This document shows, piece by piece, positions 23,717 through 26,404 of a stretch of 26,404 nucleotides of DNA; the first letter of the stretch is position 1, and every line of letters begins with the position of its first letter. A model generated the notes under the pieces. That model did not search any database and had not been told where the DNA came from. It was given only the letters and a program-made list of their open reading frames with translations. The DNA comes from a virus (taxonomy: Duplodnaviria; Caudoviricetes): positions 1 to 26,404 of the IMG/VR virus record IMGVR_UViG_3300044475_000016; one strand, written 5' to 3'. The position numbers and the translations under genes are program-made.

Positions 23717-23760
23717 GACAATGCACTCCAATGCCCTTGCGGGCATTAGGCTGAACTGTC
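23717..23760 (-). other. RNase III-type processing hairpin
   Basis: Plus strand GACA..GCACTCCA-ATGCCC-TTGC-GGGCAT-TAGGCT..TGTC; near copy of 21821-21864. Confidence 0.7.
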
Positions 23761-23761
23761 T

Positions 23762-24289
23762 TTACAGCGGCGCATCCTCCAGATCGGCACGCGCCTTGGC
23801 AGTATGGATAGGCGGCACATCGCTTTCGGGGATGCCCACAGCCTTAGCCATAGCCATCAAGGCTTCGCGGTCCCCGTGGACAACGTTGGTAGCCTTGGCA
23901 GCCTTAGCCATCAAGGCGCGGAAAGCCTTCTGCAAGTCGAAGATTTCATCCACAGCCTTTTCGGGCTTGTGGCTGTACCACATATCATTGCGCCCACCTT
24001 CGACGTTGGTTTGCTTCTCGCGGTCATAGGCAAAGGGCTGTTCTTTCTTGGTGCTAGCTTCAGTGTTGGGCTTAACGGCGCAGTAAGCCAGCAACCAGCT
24101 TGCCATGGCGCTAGAACGCGCACCCTTGCTCAATGCAAGGTACAGGCGGTTGACCATGCCGGTGTCTTTGTGCTCGGCGAAGTGCTCCAGCACATCCACG
24201 GCGCAGGCTTGGATGCGGTCATCCAGCTTGGCGCCAGCGGTCTTGATGGCTGCAATTTCCTTGTTGATAGTCGCGGTGTCTTTCATCAT
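23762..24289 (-). CDS. Conserved early protein of phiKMV-like phages (first large early gene)
   Basis: INKEIAAIKTAGAKLDDRIQ...H..EH.D...NRLYLALSKGAR...WL..Y pattern, recalled from phiKMV/KP34-type early genes. TAGGAG RBS. Confidence 0.8.
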   Translation of the reverse strand: MMKDTATINKEIAAIKTAGAKLDDRIQACAVDVLEHFAEHKDTGMVNRLYLALSKGARSSAMASWLLAYCAVKPNTEASTKKEQPFAYDREKQTNVEGGRNDMWYSHKPEKAVDEIFDLQKAFRALMAKAAKATNVVHGDREALMAMAKAVGIPESDVPPIHTAKARADLEDAPL

Positions 24290-24307
24290 AAGCTCCTAAT
24301 AAACTGC

Positions 24308-24360
24308 AAAGCGCAGTAGATAGCGCACCTTTTCAACAGATGCGCTACTAACTAAACTTT
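24308..24360 (-). other. Hairpin upstream of the first gene (RNase III-type)
   Basis: AAAG..AGTAGA-TAGCGCACCT-TTTCAAC-AGATGCGCTA-CTAACT..CTTT. Position analogous to T7 R0.3. Confidence 0.55.
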
Positions 24361-24734
24361 AGTTATTAGGCCATGTAGCGTGAAGGAACTCCTCATCCCC
24401 ACTGTTTAAACGCAGTCCCACCCGCCCAACGTAGTATCTTGCACCTACGCCATAACGTGCACGCTGCGCTATTCTGGCTCACATATCGCACCCCGGTCGC
24501 TAACCCTTACGCTCACAAAGCCGAAGCCATGCTAGCGCTCAAGTCAACACAATGGGCACGCCGGAAGCCAATCCAGCCGCTACAATCTGATACTCACCAC
24601 GTAGGCGATACGCACTACTGCAAGCTCTTACGCGCTGTCTCCAACGCACAAGCAAAGAACAAACCAGCCTCATAGATAGCGAACCTAAGCCTACTATCTA
24701 CCCAACCGGGCACTACGATCAGTGCATGGTGTGA

Positions 24735-24763
24735 ACTGTATCACAGTCCGGATGGCTTGTCAA
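24735..24763 (-). promoter_or_regulatory. Host sigma70 early promoter
   Basis: TTGACA-17 bp-TACAGT with extended -10 TG. Confidence 0.85.
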
Positions 24764-24811
24764 CACCTGCCATCTGCCGTCAGCCTAAAGGCTTTTCGCT
24801 TAATGAGCCCT

Positions 24812-24840
24812 GCTGTAGCACAGTCTAAGCTATCTGTCAA
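24812..24840 (-). promoter_or_regulatory. Host sigma70 early promoter (weaker -10)
   Basis: TTGACA-17 bp-TACAGC with extended -10 TG. Confidence 0.65.
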
Positions 24841-24938
24841 CACTAGGCGTATTGTGGAACATCCACCGCCTATGCTCTGCCGTGCTGCGCCATCACGCTA
24901 CAGTCTGTCACGGTCATCGCTTGTCTGACTTAGCCCAT

Positions 24939-24967
24939 ACTGTATCACAGTATTTAAGCCCTGTCAA
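24939..24967 (-). promoter_or_regulatory. Host sigma70 early promoter
   Basis: TTGACA-17 bp-TACAGT with extended -10 TG. Confidence 0.85.
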
Positions 24968-25104
24968 TACCCGCCTATTGACTGCCTAGCTTGTTTCCCC
25001 AGTAGCTAGAATCCTGTCGTGCCTTTAGGCTTACGCCCGTAGTGGTTAGCACTACCTGCTTGATCTGCACCAGCATAAGCCGGTATGTTGTCAGCATGGT
25101 GAGC

Positions 25105-25135
25105 ATTATAAGCACAGAATTAATATCCCTGTCAA
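25105..25135 (-). promoter_or_regulatory. Host sigma70 promoter with 19-bp spacer
   Basis: TTGACA-19 bp-TATAAT. Confidence 0.65.
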
Positions 25136-25169
25136 TAGATAGGTTATCCATAGAGTTTCCCTTATAGGC

Positions 25170-25440
25170 TCGTGTGTGCATATCTATGCATGGTGTAAGC
25201 CTGTGCATGCCTTGTATCTATTGTCTAGGTGCTGATTGTGTCTGCTGTGATGTAGCTCTGCATGGGCTTATGTAGGCTTTGGTGTGCTGTATGTCTTGTG
25301 CTATGTGCTATCTATTGGCTGTGTGTCTGCTATGTCTATAGCTATGTTCTTGCTGTATGTCTGCTGTCTATCTGCTTTGTCTATGTGCTTAGTCTGTGCT
25401 TCTATGGGCTTTCTGTAGCTTATGGTATGCATACCATGCA
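25170..25440. repeat. Array of short degenerate repeats (CTATG/TGTCT/TGTGCT), T/G-skewed
   Basis: Many CTATGT, TGTCT and GCTGT units, no credible ORF. Boundaries approximate. Confidence 0.65.
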
Positions 25441-25448
25441 ATAGATGT

Positions 25449-25463
25449 GCTTAAATTTTAAGC
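25449..25463. promoter_or_regulatory. Fis-consensus site
   Basis: GCTTAAATTTTAAGC fits GNTYAAAWTTTRANC at every position and lies within the palindrome TGCTTAAA-T-TTTAAGCA. Confidence 0.6.
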
Positions 25464-25479
25464 AACTACCTATCCTCGT

Positions 25480-25489
25480 TAAGTGTACC
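25480..25489 (-). promoter_or_regulatory. Core of the putative phage promoter at the genome end
   Basis: Minus strand GGTACACTTA, identical to the 10-bp core at 2343-2352 and 5807-5816. Confidence 0.45.
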
Positions 25490-25512
25490 AAGACTCCCGC
25501 AGGCTACTATGT

Positions 25513-25527
25513 GCTTAATAAATAGGC
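25513..25527. promoter_or_regulatory. Second Fis-like site
   Basis: GCTTAATAAATAGGC: G-N13-C with YA/TR steps and an A/T centre. Confidence 0.5.
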
Positions 25528-25559
25528 AGTAGGCCCGCAGCGAAAAGGATACAAATGCT

Positions 25560-25860
25560 GCCCGTACACGCCTGCCCTGCGCTTCACAGCCACCCGCAGC
25601 CTGAGCCCTACAAGCCCCGCACGCACCACCAAGCTACCCTTGCCTAGCCCGAGCATTTTAGGGCCCTTGCTGGCCCGCCTAGGCCCCTTCCCGAGCCCCT
25701 ACAAGCCCCGCACAGCCCGCAACAAGCGCAACCCGAGCCCAGCCCGTGCATTCCCGCGCGTATGCGCAGGCCTACACGCGCCCGCATGCGCGAGCAGGGG
25801 CCTACGGGGGCATGGCAGTGTGCGTGAGTCGGAGGTCTACCCGCGCCTATGCTACCCAAT
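25560..25860. repeat. C-rich short-repeat array (AGCCC/GCCC units) including a ~20-bp direct repeat
   Basis: GAGCCCTACAAGCCCCGCAC at about 25604 and GAGCCCCTACAAGCCCCGCAC at about 25693; non-coding. Boundaries approximate. Confidence 0.6.
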
Positions 25861-25872
25861 TTTGCATTTGGC

Positions 25873-26404
25873 CTACGGGCGCTCCTCCCATTCTACATGC
25901 AGCACGCCAGAAGCTGTACCTGAGCCCATGTTAGTGAGCTTAAAGTAGTAGGTTCCAGGCACTACACCTCGCGTAGTAGAGCTGTCGGACACGGCTGCAG
26001 CCTGGGCGGTAGCGTTGCTCGTCCGAACTAGCACCACATCCAACTCAGTTCCGCCTACGAGTGTACCACCAGAGGACAGAGTTAGCACGGAAGTGTAATA
26101 CTGCGTGCCGTCACCGTAGGTCTTACGGCGATCCGTCATCAGGTTCTTTGCAAACTTGGGTAGAGCATCAGCAAAGGTGCCACCCTCTGTGCCGCCTGAC
26201 ACTGTACTCATGCGCACCCAACCGTCGACGAGCGTAAGCTTGTTGGCTGTTAGGATCACATTCACGGGCACAACCACCTTAATGACCAGCGATGTACCTG
26301 CTGCAAGACTGAGTTCCTTGAACATGCGGAATTCCCTGCCCTCAAAGAAGCTGGTCTGCGCTGCATCTACCCGCAGGCGCTCAAAGCCGCTAAGCCTATC
26401 ACCT
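25873..26404 (-). CDS. Probable last late gene (beta-rich, possibly virion-associated), 5'-truncated by the window
   Basis: The frame is open to the right edge (GDRLSGFERLRVDAAQTSFFEGREFR-MFKEL...WEERP). Gly/Thr/Ser-rich beta-type composition. Confidence 0.7.
   Translation of the reverse strand, partial: GDRLSGFERLRVDAAQTSFFEGREFRMFKELSLAAGTSLVIKVVVPVNVILTANKLTLVDGWVRMSTVSGGTEGGTFADALPKFAKNLMTDRRKTYGDGTQYYTSVLTLSSGGTLVGGTELDVVLVRTSNATAQAAAVSDSSTTRGVVPGTYYFKLTNMGSGTASGVLHVEWEERP

Noticed and set aside
25262-25444. 60-aa Cys/Val/Tyr-rich plus-strand ORF
   Set aside because: A translation artefact of the TG-rich repeat array.
25170-25860. CRISPR-like array
   Set aside because: Repeats are short, degenerate and irregularly spaced, with no constant repeat-spacer period.

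Overview
The window is part of a lytic T7-supergroup phage (Autographiviridae) with a phiKMV-type layout, in which the single-subunit RNA polymerase sits at the end of the DNA-metabolism module. All credible genes are on the minus strand. Read in genome order (right to left) it contains: the 3' part of a probable last late gene; a non-coding, repeat-rich stretch that probably holds the genome termini, so the assembly looks circularly permuted; four tandem sigma70 promoters; an early region of small ORFs separated by RNase III-type hairpins; primase, helicase, a small nucleotidyltransferase, family A DNA polymerase, 5'-3' exonuclease, endonuclease VII, an RNase H-like nuclease, a dATP/dGTP diphosphohydrolase-domain protein, ligase and RNA polymerase; then portal, scaffold, major capsid, a terminator and tail tubular proteins A and B (B partial). 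The most notable observations are: (1) a 27-28 bp promoter-like motif, in sense orientation before the capsid gene but inverted just after the RNA polymerase gene, where it points into an AT-enriched RNAP 3' end; (2) two Fis-consensus sites flanking a third copy of the motif core at the genome end; (3) an early lipoprotein and several micro-proteins missed by the ORF track; (4) two tandem Cys4 paralogues between primase and helicase. Family assignments come from motif recognition only; no searches were run.
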